DNA of 63,941 bases, the filler included, from Chiloscyllium plagiosum (lineage: Eukaryota): the NCBI RefSeq assembly GCF_004010195.1. It is 4 parts of 2 records of this genome, joined end to end, with 100 filler letters (N's around TTAATTAATTAA, not from the genome) between each part and the next. Parts side by side here need not be neighbours in the genome. Positions count along the whole stretch, not along the records: positions 51,214 to 62,257 come from NC_057715.1; positions 62,358 to 63,941 come from NC_057716.1; 2 more parts are not named here. One strand, given 5' to 3'. This document shows, in pieces, positions 51,716 through 63,941 of the stretch (the stretch's first letter is position 1; each line of letters starts with the position of its first letter). Under the pieces are notes generated by a model. It saw only the letters and a list, made by a program, of their open reading frames with translations, did no database searches and was not told the origin of the DNA. The translations under genes were made by a program, and so were the position numbers.

Positions 51716-54700
51716 TCTCCCTCTTTATGGGCATATATCCATATTGGATAGGCATATGGAGGATAGTGGGCTAGTGTAGGTTAGGTGGGCTTGGATCGGC
51801 GCAACATCGAGGGCCGAAGGGCCTGTACTGCGCTGTATTCTTCTCTGTTCTATGTTAAATGGTACAGCACAGATTGAGGCCATTCAGCCCATCTTGTCCA
51901 TGTTGACCAAAACACTCCCAGACGCTCTTTTGAATCCCATCTTCCTGCACACACCCCATGGGCTTGCAGCTCACAGCACTAAAGATGCAGATCCAGGTAC
52001 TTCACCACCAACTCTGACAAATTTCAGACACCAACCACCCTCTGTACAAAAAAAGTTTTTCAATTCCCTTGTAATCTATCTGCCACTCAGATTCAATCTA
52101 TGACCCTTGGTTTTTGAACTCTCTGCTAAGGGAAAAAGATTCCTTCCTTAAACCTTAATCTTCAGGACAATGAACTGATGCATGAGCTTTGCTTCTCTCT
52201 CCACAGATGCTGCCCAACTTGCTGAGCGCATTTGCCCCAATTTATTTCTTTTTAATTTCAAATGAGTATTGTTGATAGCAATTCAATACTTTGATGAGAA
52301 AAGGAAGGAGCAGATCAGAGGAAGGAAGAAAAAAAAAGCCCTCTGTGATCGCAAGGAACAAAATTATGACCTGTTCAACTCCACTCTCTAACCTTAAATA
52401 AAATGAGCAAATTCTGGTGAAACTCAGCAGGTCTGGCAGCATGTGAAGAAAGAAGCAACAGCACCATTGTTAGAAATTTGGTTCTGAACAGTCATATTAG
52501 ATTCAAAACATTTATCCTGTTCTCTCACCTCCCCTACAGATACTGCCAAGCCCTGCTACGTTTCTCCAGCATTTTCTCTTTTTATTTCAGATTTCCAGCA
52601 TTTGCAGTATTTTGCTTCTATTCTCTATTCTTCCTAATCTTCAAATATTCTTTTACTAGAAGCAAAATAAGAGATGCCATTGTCATGAACTCAACTGATG
52701 GCACTACTGGGCAATCCTAGGTGGAAACCTGGCTCGATAGATTGTAAGTTTCTGTTTCTTTAGTTAGTTTGAATGGATAATCACAGACTCACTTGAAAAA
52801 CGGTTTGTTATATTAATGAAATTAGCAACAGGCTAAACAGAGGACAATTAGAATGATATTACAACACAGTTTGTCTATTTTCTAACAATATTATAGAGAC
52901 TCAAGACTCAACAGGGTTGTGTTTAACTTCCTGTCTGTTTCCTTGCCACGGATCATGCAAATCCACTATGTCCTTTCCAAATCTGATATCAACTTTTTGC
53001 AAATTCAAGGGCATAAACACTCTCATTTCTAATAATCAGCTTTCTAAACCTTCCTGGCTTGAAAGATTGACAAACTAAACTCTTCAGCTGAGGCTACATC
53101 TTCCCTGAAATTCCCAGAACTCCCCTTTCTGGTGAGAAATCTAAACCTACTTTTAAACATAACCTACGTACCTTCAGAACTGATTCCCCCACCCCCCAAG
53201 AAAAAAAACTTGCTCATCCTAGATTCTTCTCAATTGAAAATAAAGTAAACTTTTACTGTACCTATCATAAACCCGGTGGTGCAAATATTTTCTATAATTA
53301 GCACAAAGGTCTTCATTCACCAGCTGACAAAATGGTGACAATGACTGGTCTGGAAGGTCGTGCTGACCTTAACTTTAAAAATAATCCTTCACCCAAGTAG
53401 CCATACACTACCTACCTCCATTTTGAAGCTCATACTCCAAACATTATACCAATATTTACAGAACTCATCACATGTCTGGAACCATATACAATATGCTTTA
53501 TGGTGCAGTTCTTCATTAGTCGTGATAGCTTCTTTCAAAGAGAAGTTATTGAAGCATTAAGAGCTACAGACAAGGTAATTGAAAGTTCATAATCTCCAAC
53601 CTGACTGCATATACAACTTGAAACATCCCGTGACAAATGGCCACAGAGCCATGGAACGCCCAATTATATCCGCTCAACTTATACCAAATGGGAATAATTG
53701 TGCCAGCTGAAATTCCAGGGACAAGTTTATTAAATCCAAGGATATATTATTGGAACATTTCTTGTTGCAAAGTTTAATAAAAGCAAGGCCACCCACAAAC
53801 ATATTTGTATAATACATCAGTATCAAAGAGAGAACCAAGTACAGTGAAGTTCATTCTCAAACATGAAACTATAAACATCAAGCCAAAAGCAAGTTATAAG
53901 CCCCTTCGAATCCTAACAACAGTGATTTTTAAAATCAGACAGACACTCAAAATTGATTCATGTGGCGAAGTTTCTTTTTTAAAAACGCATAAATATCTGG
54001 TCGAGAATAAGATAAGTACAGACTGAGAAGATAGTTTACATTTCAATAAACTTGGCCAGAGCAAACACACAAAACCATTTACTCTAGTAAACTGAATATA
54101 TAAAACAACTTAATTAAAAATACATAAAATGAACAGCTGACAGCCAGGAAAAATTGTCAAGTTATATTTAATCAAAGCTTTCAAGATGATGTCAAGAACA
54201 TGAAAGTAAAGCTTAAAACCAAAACTGTTCTACATGCAGTGCTTTTCAGGGCCTTAAGGCATTCTAATTTTTTTTAGATACAGGTGATGAATTTTAGACA
54301 TTGATGTCGGAAGTGCAGCCACCAATTTGCACAGAGGGTGGTGCGTGTGTGGAATAGGCTGCCAGAGGAAGTGGTGGAGGCTGGTACAATTCATCATTTT
54401 AAAGGCATCTGGATGGGTATATGAATAGGAAGGGTTTAGAGGGATATGAATCGGGTGCTGGCAGGTAGGACTAGATTGGGTTGGGATAGCTGGTAGGCAT
54501 GGACGAGTTGGACTGAAGGGTCTGTTTCCGTGCTGTACACCTCTATGACTATAATTGGAAATTAAATATTGTTGGATATAAAATGAAGTCAACAAAGAAC
54601 AAAAAGGGGAGGGTTGGCAGTGTTTAAGATATAATTGCAGTCTGCAGAAAGAAAATACCATAGAAGGGGTTAAGGACAGAATAGATTAAGCTAGAGCTCA

Positions 54701-54744
54701 AGGGACAATCATGTTCATCTTCCATGCAGCAGGTGCGCATTTGG

Positions 54745-55375
54745 TAGCTGGGTCACAATTTATTGCCCACCACAAGTTCCCCTTGAGAATGTGGTGATGA
54801 GCTGCCTTCTTGAATCACCATAGTCAATTAAGTGCAAGAGCACTTACAATGTTGTTAGGGAGTTTGCAAGGCTTTGATCTGGCAACAGTGAAGAAACGAT
54901 CATATATTTCCAAGTCAGGATGGTGAGTGGTTTGGAGGGTACCCTGCAGGTGTTGGCATACCCATGTCTCTGCTGCCCTTATCCTTCTCGGTAGTAGTGG
55001 TCATTGTTTGATAGGTATGTCTAAGGAAACTTGGTGAATTTCTGCAGCCCATCTTGTACATGGTACATACTAAGCATTGGAGGAAGGGGAAGCAGATGTT
55101 TACACCAATGGTGCCAAACCAACAGACTGCTTTGTCCTGGATGGTGTCAAGCTTCTTGATTGTTGTTGCAGATGGACTCATCCAGGCCTTGTGGATGGTA
55201 GACAGATATTGGTGAAGTGGTGGTGAGCTACTTGCTGGAGAATTGACAGTGGAACATTCTGTTATGGTGATGCCATTGAAAGTCAAGGGATAATGGGTAA
55301 GTTCATGAAGATGAACGTAGTGTGAATTTGTGTTAGTTGCCATTTGTCAGCCAAAGCCTGAATACTATCCAGGTC
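54745..55375 (-). mobile_element. Second LINE family 3' fragment
   Basis: KKLDTIQDKA peptide; homologous to ~8905-9700. Confidence 0.75.
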
Positions 55376-55384
55376 TTGGATAAA

Positions 55385-56200
55385 ACCCAAAGGCAGACAC
55401 TCGCGGCCATGACAAGTGCTCAGTCTACCTCAGATTACTGGGAGAGTCAGGTATCTCAAATGCTTGAGCAACAGGTGAAATCAGCTGTTTCACAATGCTA
55501 TTAAACAGTATCAACGTGCTGTCTGCCAGTGTCCAGTTGGTGGCAGCAAACCAAAAGCATAGTGCCCATCATAATCTTATTGTATGTGAACTTCAGTGCC
55601 ACTGTGATGCCAGGCATGTTGGCCAAAAGTCCCAAAGACTGGCAGATCATACCAAACCACATGTTGTCAACTGTTCACAACAAGCAAGGTACTAACCGCA
55701 AAGCTCACAAAAGGCGTCCAACATGAGACAAGATTCTACAATTTGACAACATTGGCTGGATAATCCTGAGTTGGCAAAGAATTACACTGACAACCAAGTT
55801 AGGATGGTCAGTAAGGCGCGCAACATGGTGTTCATATGTACTAAAAAGCGACACATACTGATATATTTTGCAATGAAAAGAATTTGCACGCGGTCTATGT
55901 TTCAACTTGAGAGGGGACAGTCATTCGTTGGTAAATTTCTCAGGGGAAATGAGAAGACCACAGTCAGAGTGAATCTGCTCAGTTTAAAATTTAAACATGC
56001 CTGGCAGTTAACTGTCAGTCAGCATTAACAAGTGCATTCTGCATGGCAACACCACAAGAGCAAATTTGCCAACCCATTGACATGGTCTCACTTGGTTGTT
56101 TTTCCTTTAAATTAATATTCTTGCATAATGGCCTGATTAATTCAAGATGCAGAGCTTCAATAAAATATATCCTTTTTAAACAATACTAAAATTTTGTACT
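55385..56200 (+). mobile_element. Old PLE GIY-YIG remnant (distinct family)
   Basis: IVCELQCHCDARHVGQKSQRLADH resembles the GIY-YIG V-Y..C.C..YVG.T..L..R motif. Confidence 0.65.
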
Positions 56201-56385
56201 ACCAAATCCTCTCTCACTACTGCATGATTTCATCTTTGACCAACAATGCCACACTACCTTTTTGTTTTGCCTGTGTTTCTTAAAGAATAATTACTCTGGG
56301 ATGTTCAGTTCTTAGCCTTTGTCACCACGCATCCATATTTCTCGAGTTAAAAATCACAATACCAGGTTATAGGTTTATTTGGAAG

Positions 56386-56420
56386 CACTAGCTTTCGGAG
56401 CGCTGCTCCTTCATCAGGTG
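56386..56420 (-). ncRNA. Minimal hammerhead (family B), intact with 3-bp stem I
   Basis: Minus strand reads CAC-CTGATGA-A-GGAGC-AGC-GCTCC-GAAA-GC-TA-GTG, with palindromic AGCT and a CUA triplet. Confidence 0.8.
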
Positions 56421-57224
56421 GTTGTGGAGAATAAGATAGTAAGATAGAATTTATAGCAAAATTTTGCATTGTAAAGTAATTGAAATTACATATTGAAAAA
56501 GACCTGGATTGTTTGTTAAGTCTCTCATCTTTAAGAATGACAATGTTGGTTTCAGTTCTTTCATATGTAAATCACAATGTTTACAATGTCGGCCCAGATA
56601 ATGCACTTAAGGTGTGAGCTGCCATGTGAAATTGTGCTCCAACGGTCAGACTGATTAGAATCTAAAAAATGGATTTACACAATTTTACATGGATTCATGC
56701 AGTTTTGAGTATCATAAAATGTAATTCTGCAGTACAAATGCGTGCGCATGCGTGTATGTGTATGTGTGCGTGCGTGCGTGCATGAGCGTGCGTGCGCGCA
56801 TGAGCGTGCGCGCATGCGTGAGTGTGTGTGCACGCGTGCATGTGTATGTGTGCGTGTGGTGTATATATGTGTATGTGTGTATGTCAGCGTGCGTGGGGGG
56901 TTGGAAGACAGGAATTAGGGGTGTCGGAGAGTGTGCATGCGCACCTGTCGGTGCACACACGTCCGTCTGTGTGTATACTGCAATGGGGTCATCTGTGGTA
57001 TGACATGAACGCAAGGTCCCAGAACCTTGGATTCAAATCACACTACAGGTGACTCCATTGCAGTATACACTGACAGATACACACACACACTCCTACAGAC
57101 CCATACACCCATGCAGACCCTCTCTCATACGCTCACACACACACACTCTCAGACTTATACCCCTTTACACTCTCACAAACACTCATAACCCCCACTCCCA
57201 CCTTATACTCAGGGGAGCATGAAG

Positions 57225-57768
57225 CCTAACAATGTCCCTTCCCCCTCAGGCAGCTGAGAAAATTTGGCATGACAGCTAATATCCTTGCCAACTTTTATAA
57301 GTGCGCCATCGAGAGCATTCTGTCTAGATGTATCGCTACCTGGTGTGGCAACTGCACCATTCAAGATCGTAGACTGTTAGAGAGTGGTGAACTCAGCCCA
57401 GACAATCAAAGACCAACGTCCCATCTATCGAATCCATCTACCAGGCCCGCTGTCAAGGAAAGGCCACCAGCATTCTTAAAGATCCATCCCACCCCCCCGG
57501 CAATGTTTTTCTACAACCTCTACCATCAGGGAAAAAATACAGAAGCCTGAACACATGCACCAGCTGGTTTCGTAACAGGTTCTACCTTACTGTTGTTAGA
57601 ATACTGAATGGACTCAAACTCACCATTCGCCTGTACCTGTGTTTTTGTTTTTGCCTCTATTTTACTTTTATTTACTTATCTACGCTACTTAACTAAGCAT
57701 TCTGCCTGTCTTGCTTACAAGACAAAGCTTTTCACTGTGCCTCTGTACACGTGACAATTCAATTCAAG
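57225..57768 (+). mobile_element. Rex1/Babar-like LINE 3' fragment
   Basis: NFYKCAIESILSRCIATWCGNC peptide; AATTC tail. Confidence 0.75.
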
Positions 57769-60700
57769 TTTGCGGTGTGAATTTGTACTTGCAAAATTAC
57801 ATTTTACTTTGTTCAAAAACTGCATGAATCCATGTAAGATTCAAATCAGTCTGACCATTGTGGCACAGACAATCTCACACAGGACAGCTCACACCTTAAA
57901 TGCTTTTCAGCATAAAATCTAGGCCGAGACTGATAGGATCATACTTTGTATTTAAAACTGAATTGTGTTATAAGAAAATAGAATTTTATACTGGTTCCAC
58001 AAAATTGTGCGCTTCTGTTTCAGTGAGCAATCACCTCAATAACATAAAACAGATGATGTATCAAGCCAGATTTCCGTCTGGGATCTGATTGTCAAGTAAT
58101 AATCATCAGCTGAGATCCTAACAATAATCACAATTATATAGTTGCCACCTACAACTATTTGCACTGTTAATTCATGTACCTTACTGTAGCTGATTGCACA
58201 GATTTGCAGTAAGTATTTTTCACACTTGTTATCTAAAAATTAATAATGTGCAGTTACATGGAGAAGGTGGGGGAATAGCACTAAGTGAATTGATCAAATG
58301 CCAGCACACATACAATGGGCTTCTTCCAAACTAACAATCGAGGATTATGTTATTGTAGATACATTTAACTGTGCTTATGTAACTTTACAAAAACTGACTG
58401 ATCTAAAGCAGGGATTTATGATAAGAAAATTTTGCAACACAAACATAAAAGCTTTTTAAAATGGAGGTACCCCACAAACTCCCACTTGGAGCTCGTTAGA
58501 ATGAATGAGAAAATGTCTTGACGAATTCTTTCAGCTCATTCATCTGCCAATTGCTTCCCAAATCTCTTTCAACTCCCCACCACACCATCCTTGCTAATTG
58601 TTCATATGTCTTAAGTTGATTCAAAGGCTGACTTTATACATTAAATATAAAATTCCACCTTGGATGTATCCAGCTTGTGTGTATTAGCAGCAAGTATAGT
58701 CTTGGATATTGGTAGTAAGGATGTAGGAAATGACTCACAGGTGTGCCACAATAAAGAGTGGGCTAACTTCATGGAGTCAGAAATAATACGAAAGAACGAT
58801 AAGTATGTTGATTTTAGGAGTTAACTGCATAAAATGCTTTTGCGTGAAACACAACAAGCATTGTATCAAGCAGACACAGGTCATCTGCCACTATAAACAT
58901 GGATCTAATTACTATCCAAATCCTTTTGAAGTCATGCTTTCTTATTCATAAGAAAAAATGTATTTCTCAGCAAACATGAATCTGACAGAGGAAATCCGAT
59001 GAGCAACACATAGCAAACTCAAGCCCACATTTCTTTTTAAGAAAGTCTTTTTGTCCACGTTGCAGCAGATGTTTGTAGCATTTTTCTTCAAAACAAAGAA
59101 TGGATTAAATTTTAAGGATTTGCCTCCATTTAGAAGATGTGGAACATCCATTATGTTGATTTCTAGCACAACATTAGTGTTAATAGCTGAAATCCAAAAT
59201 GGAAGGCCTGAGGGACTCAGCACCAGCCATCAAGAGTGGCAAGAAGTCAAGTGGCTCCAGCACAAGTAACTGGAAGCACAGAAAAGAACTGTGTTGTAAG
59301 CAGGCAATTTACAAAAGGGTCGGATAGCACATGGCATGCGTAGGTGCTTTCAGGCAGCTGTACTTACAGCAGAGGTTGCCTGGATCTGAACATATATTAA
59401 GAGAGGGCACAATTTATCAGTGATCATAAGAGCACAAGAATGCAGAATTTCTCCCATCTTAAAGTTCTTCATCAAACCCATTTTCTCTCCTACATCTCAG
59501 TACCACAGCTCAGCCACAACTGGTATCACGTATTTACCACCTTTACACCTCACTTTACCAAAATTCTCATGGTCATCCCTTTAACCTGCCTAAATTAAGG
59601 TCATTCAAAATCCTATTAACACTCATTAAGACTCATTCATTTATCACTCCATACACCAACTGGCCTAGTGGCTCCAACCTTGACTCAAATATTTCCTGTA
59701 TCTTAACTTTTCTTACCTCCATTTATGTACAGATATTTGAGTTCTCGTGCCCACACCCTCCCCATGCATCCTCAATTTTAACTCTTTCTTCAATTCCAAT
59801 CAAACCTTCAGCTGCCTAGGCCCCAAAAGCTCTGACATTTTCCCATGAAAACTCAACATTTCGATCTCACTCTTCAGACAAAACTTTTCATAATTTGTTG
59901 TGATACCAATAATAATTGCAGTTAATGGAAGTTGCCATTTTAATACACTTTAGTTTTCTTCTGACAGCGTGATTATTCCCATTTGTTTCTCACTATGCTC
60001 TTTTTCAAGTCTTGCATGTTTTTCTGATCACCATGTTAACTTTTCTTTTGCACAAACCTACATGATTTTCAAGGGCATGATTTACAGCATACTTTTTTAC
60101 TCTATTTCATATTTAAATATGCTTACAAATCTATTCAGGGTCACATTTGCTCAACTTGAGAATGTTGACTGGTTAGTTCTTTGTCTGGCATGCCCAGCAT
60201 TATCCTTCCAAAGGTGCTCGTTTTGCAGTCTGAAGTGTTGAAGTACCATACTCACACATTACTTCTTTTAATACTTCCCTCACTTTAAACGTTTGAAAAT
60301 GAATACCACATTAGCCAGGTTCCCATTTACTGGTACCCCTTGTGTTGTCAATGCCTCCCAAATTGCTTCACTAGTCTCCCTCAACACTCTGGGAAAAATT
60401 CCATCCAACCCTCGGGAGTAATTTGTCTTAAGCTCTTTCAGCTTGGCTAGGGCTTGCATTTCATTCCTGAAATTAGCCCTTTTATATATGTGGCTCGGAG
60501 CCCCAGATCACATTAAACTTGACAATTCTGTGGTCACTGTCCCCCAGTGTGATACGACTTGCATTTCCTGTAAGTTGTCTGATTCATTTATGAATATCAA
60601 GTCAAGATGAGCACCGTCTCTCTCTCGTGGCTTCCGTTAAGTGCAGAGTTAGGAAGCAGTCACGGATAACATTTACCAGCTCTGGTTCTAAACCACTTGG

Positions 60701-61954
60701 GTTTTCCAAATTCATGTTAAATTCCAAGTTTCTCATTACAATAATTTGGTTTTTGCACATCTTTCAAGTCTACTCCAAGCCATCAGTCCCTTCCCTTGTG
60801 TTGACCCAGTAACCTGTAACAAAATCCTACTCTTAGCTTGCATTTCTTCCATATTAAAAATTTCCAGTCAGAGGAACTTTTCCTGCAACTTTCCTGTCCT
60901 CCAAGATATCAAATTCACAGAATATATTTTTCTGCATTGTTTAACAAGACAGAAGAGGTGGTCTGGATATTGCCATTGGATGTGAAATGGAAGTTTCCTT
61001 CCAGTTTCAACTGGCACAAAGAAGTTGCTGATACATGCAAAGGAGCAACCTCCTCTATGCTTGGTTTAAGCTCTCTTCCAGCTTATAAAGACACAATGGG
61101 CTGAAGGAACCTTTGTCGTAATTTTTTAGTCCTACTGAATTTAGCTGTTGAGGGGAAGCCTTTTTTCAAGTTTAAACTTGACACACACTTCAAAGTTTTC
61201 ACGTTATCATTTCATTCAGATTTGCGTTAAAGACAACTTGCAAATTGAAGTATGCCCCGTGTTCATGAAATATTTCTACTCTAAGGTAGAGAATAAGGTT
61301 TGGGGACCATTTGCCTCTGGTTAGCAATAGATCAGAAAATGAGCAGAAAGCAGAGGTCAATAGGATAAACTGGCAGGGCCAGTCTTATGAACATGGTGAG
61401 TGAAGGAATCATAGAAGATCAAAACGTGAGTTCAAAGTTGGAATAAATAATTAAGATGAGACTTAGTGTTATCAGGAATTAATAACTAAGGATGGAGAGT
61501 GTGAAAAGCGTGGTGTACAAGAGAATATTGAGAAAAATAAATCAATACAACGTATTTAAAAACCTTGTACCTAAATGCACACAGGATTCAAATAAACTTG
61601 ATGAGCTGACAGAACAAAGAGATAAATGGGACAATCTGGTGGGAATTAGGGAAATGTGGTTACAGGGAGATCAGAACTGGGAATTAAATGTCCATGGACA
61701 TTCAATGCTCCAAAAGGATAGACAAGGAGCAGCAGCAGGTCGAGTTGCTTTTTTAAGAATGATACCAAGGCTGTATTACGAAATGATATTGGCAGTAGAG
61801 ACCAAAATGTTGAATTAATCCGAGTGGAAATAAAAAGTATGGGAAGAAATCTTGTTGAGTAATTTACAGGCCCCCAAAGAGGACTTCTTAAACAGGGCAT
61901 AGTATAAACCAGGAAATGGACTTTTTTTTTTAAAGAAAGGTTACTTTCAGAGGG

Positions 61955-62257
61955 ATGGCAGTGAAGGCAGTGCAATGTTCCTCTTGCAACATGTATGAGG
62001 TGAGGGATGCCATGGACGTCCCTGCTGATTACACTTGCAGGAAGTGCACCCATCTCCAGCTCCTCCAAGACCGCGTTAGGGAACTGGAGCTGGAGTTGGA
62101 TGAACTTAGGATCATTCGGGAGGCAGAGGGGGTCATAGATCAGAGCTTTAGGGAAGTAGTAACTCCAAAGATGGCAGATAGATGGGTGACAGTGAGGGGG
62201 ACTGGGAGGAAGCAACCAGTGCAGGGACCCCCTGCGGCCGTCCCCCACAAGAACAAG
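61955..62257 (+). mobile_element. CR1 ORF1 N-terminus (zinc finger/leucine zipper), open up to the gap
   Basis: MAVKAVQCSSC..YTCRKC..LQDRVRELELELDEL. Confidence 0.85.
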
Positions 62258-62357
62258 NNNNNNNNNNNNNNNNNNNNNNNNNNNNNNNNNNNNNNNNNNN
62301 NTTAATTAATTAANNNNNNNNNNNNNNNNNNNNNNNNNNNNNNNNNNNNNNNNNNNN
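62258..62357. other. Assembly gap with artificial linker
   Basis: N44-TTAATTAATTAA-N44. Confidence 0.97.
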
Positions 62358-63430
62358 TATGTGGGGAGTTTCTGGACTAGGGGGGATAGGACAGTGTCGA
62401 GGTAGGTAGAAATGAGTTCAGTTGGGCAGGAGCATGCTGAGACAATGGGTCGGCCAGGGTGGTCAGGCTTGTGGATCTTGGGAAGGAGGTAGAACTGGGC
62501 AGTGCGGGGTTCCCGGACTATGATGTTGGAAGCTGTGGGTGGGAGATCTCCTGAGGTGATGAGGTTCTGTATGGTCTGGGAGATGATGGTTTGGTGATGG
62601 GGATGGGGTCATGGTCGAGGGGGCGGTAGGAAGAGGTGTCCTCGAGTTGGCGTTTGGCTTCAGCGGTGTAGAGGTCAGTGCGCCAGACTACCACTGCGCC
62701 CCCTTTATCTGCTGGCTTGATGGTGAGGTTGGGATTGGAGCAGAGGGATTGGAGGGATGCACGTTGTGAGGTTGAGAGGTTGGAGTGCGGGAGGGGGGTA
62801 GACAGGTTGAGGCGGTTAATATCCCGGCGGCAGTTGGAAATGAAGAGGTCGAGGGCAGGTAATAGGCCAGCGCGGGGTGTCCAGGTGGATGCAGTGTGTT
62901 GGAGGTGGGCGAAGGGGTCCTTAGAAGGTGGGCGGGAGTCCTGATTGTGAAAGTAGCTCGGAGGCGGAAGAAGTGTTCGACGTCACGGCGTGTATTACAT
63001 TCATTGATGCGTGGATGGAGGGAAATGAAGGTGAGTCCTTTACTGAGGGGAAGGTCTGGAGGGAAGGTGAAGACTCGGCAGGGCTGGGAGCTGGTGTGGG
63101 TGTGGAGCTGGGAGTGGGAGTGGAGCCAGTAACTGGAATGGGTGTGATGGTGAGGGGAATGTGGGTGGAGTCATGAGCAGGGGTGGTGTTCCCCTCAGGG
63201 TTCTGGGGGCCGGGAATGGTGACAGTGGGATCTGTGGGGGGGGCATGTCAACAGAATGCAGGTGAGTGGCGTTGGTGGCAGACACAGCAGTAGGGGTGGC
63301 AGAAGTCACTGAGCCTGTGACATCAGCGATGATGTGAGCAGCGGAAGTGATGTCACATGTGCTGCATGAGGAATTCTGAGGGGCGGAAGTGGCTGTGGGA
63401 GTGGCCATGATGGGGGCGGAAATGACAGAT
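62358..63430 (-). mobile_element. Penelope-like ORF: low-complexity N-terminus and start of RT (absent from ORF track)
   Basis: Minus frame reads [56 protein letters not shown], with no stop between ~62760 and the gap. Confidence 0.92.
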
Positions 63431-63624
63431 GCATGGAGGAAGAACGCCTCATCTTCCACCTTGGAACACTTCAACCCCAGGGCATCAAAGTACTTTAGCT
63501 GTGGCCTAGCCAATGTTTCACATAGTTCCAGCATAGACCCCCTACTCTTAAATTCTGTGTCTCTGCTAATAAAGGCAAGTATACCACATGCTTTCTTACC
63601 CATTTTATCCACTTGACCTAATAA

Positions 63625-63941
63625 CAACACACCAGATGACCTCCTTCTTTAGAGACCGCAATTTCCCTTCCCACATGGTTAAAGATGCCCTCCAACGCAT
63701 CTCGTCCACATCCCGCACCTCCGCCCTCAGACCCCACCCCTCCAACCGTAACAAGGACAGAACACCCCTGGTGCTCACCTTCCACCCTACCAACCTTCCC
63801 ATAAACCAAATCATCCGCCGACATTTCCGCCACCTCCAAACAGACCCCACCACCAGGGATATATTTCCCTCCCCACCCCTCTCCACCTTCCGCAAAGACC
63901 GTTCCCTCCGTGACTACCTGGTCAGGTCCACACCCCCCTAC
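63625..63941 (+). mobile_element. Penelope-like fragment upstream of GIY-YIG, running off the window
   Basis: Closely similar to ~27241-27540. Confidence 0.9.

Larger units (their letters stand above)
50599..51856 (+). mobile_element. Young CR1 insertion spanning the gap: repeated 5' UTR, ORF1 piece and 3' end
   Basis: 5' unit repeated with period 190; ORF1 sequence nearly identical to ~62093-62257; CR1 3' UTR after the gap; AAATG on both flanks (50594-50598, 51857-51861). Confidence 0.8.
56347..57930. mobile_element. Large fold-back family B PLE end with a (GT/GC)n microsatellite and nested LINE
   Basis: ~56590-56740 is inverted at ~57775-57930; central inversion TGTATACTGCAATGGGGTCATCTGT / ACAGGTGACTCCATTGCAGTATACA. 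Confidence 0.75.

Noticed and set aside
53416..53475. 60-nt AG..GT-bounded open segment on the minus strand
   Set aside because: Translation (TCDEFCKYWYNVWSMSFKME) matches nothing I recognise in UVRAG and the acceptor is weak.
56712..57052. Cys/Val/His-rich ORFs
   Set aside because: Translations of a (GT/GC)n microsatellite.

Overview
Eukaryotic, repeat-dense intronic DNA from a cartilaginous fish (shark; inferred from HE1-type V-SINEs and HER1/CR1 LINEs). The only host coding sequence I can support is one 166-nt internal exon of UVRAG on the minus strand (33888-34053), which the ORF track misses, so the rest of the window is probably UVRAG intron. It is filled with decayed CR1 LINEs, L2-like and Rex1/Babar fragments, a fragmented Gypsy LTR element, tRNA-derived SINEs and Penelope-like elements (PLEs). 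Three 100-nt N gaps carry an artificial TTAATTAATTAA linker. The most notable signal is a set of minimal hammerhead ribozyme (HHR) motifs (CTGANGA-A-stem II-GAAA-palindrome-NTH) from at least three PLE families. One family occurs as a ~130-nt ORF-less unit that starts at the ribozyme, is flanked by 9-16 bp target-site duplications (TSDs), often inserts as a fold-back palindrome, and in one case carries inverted CR1 sequence matching its flank. Repeat boundaries were set by eye and are approximate unless a TSD or splice site is quoted. Family names are from recall, not database searches.
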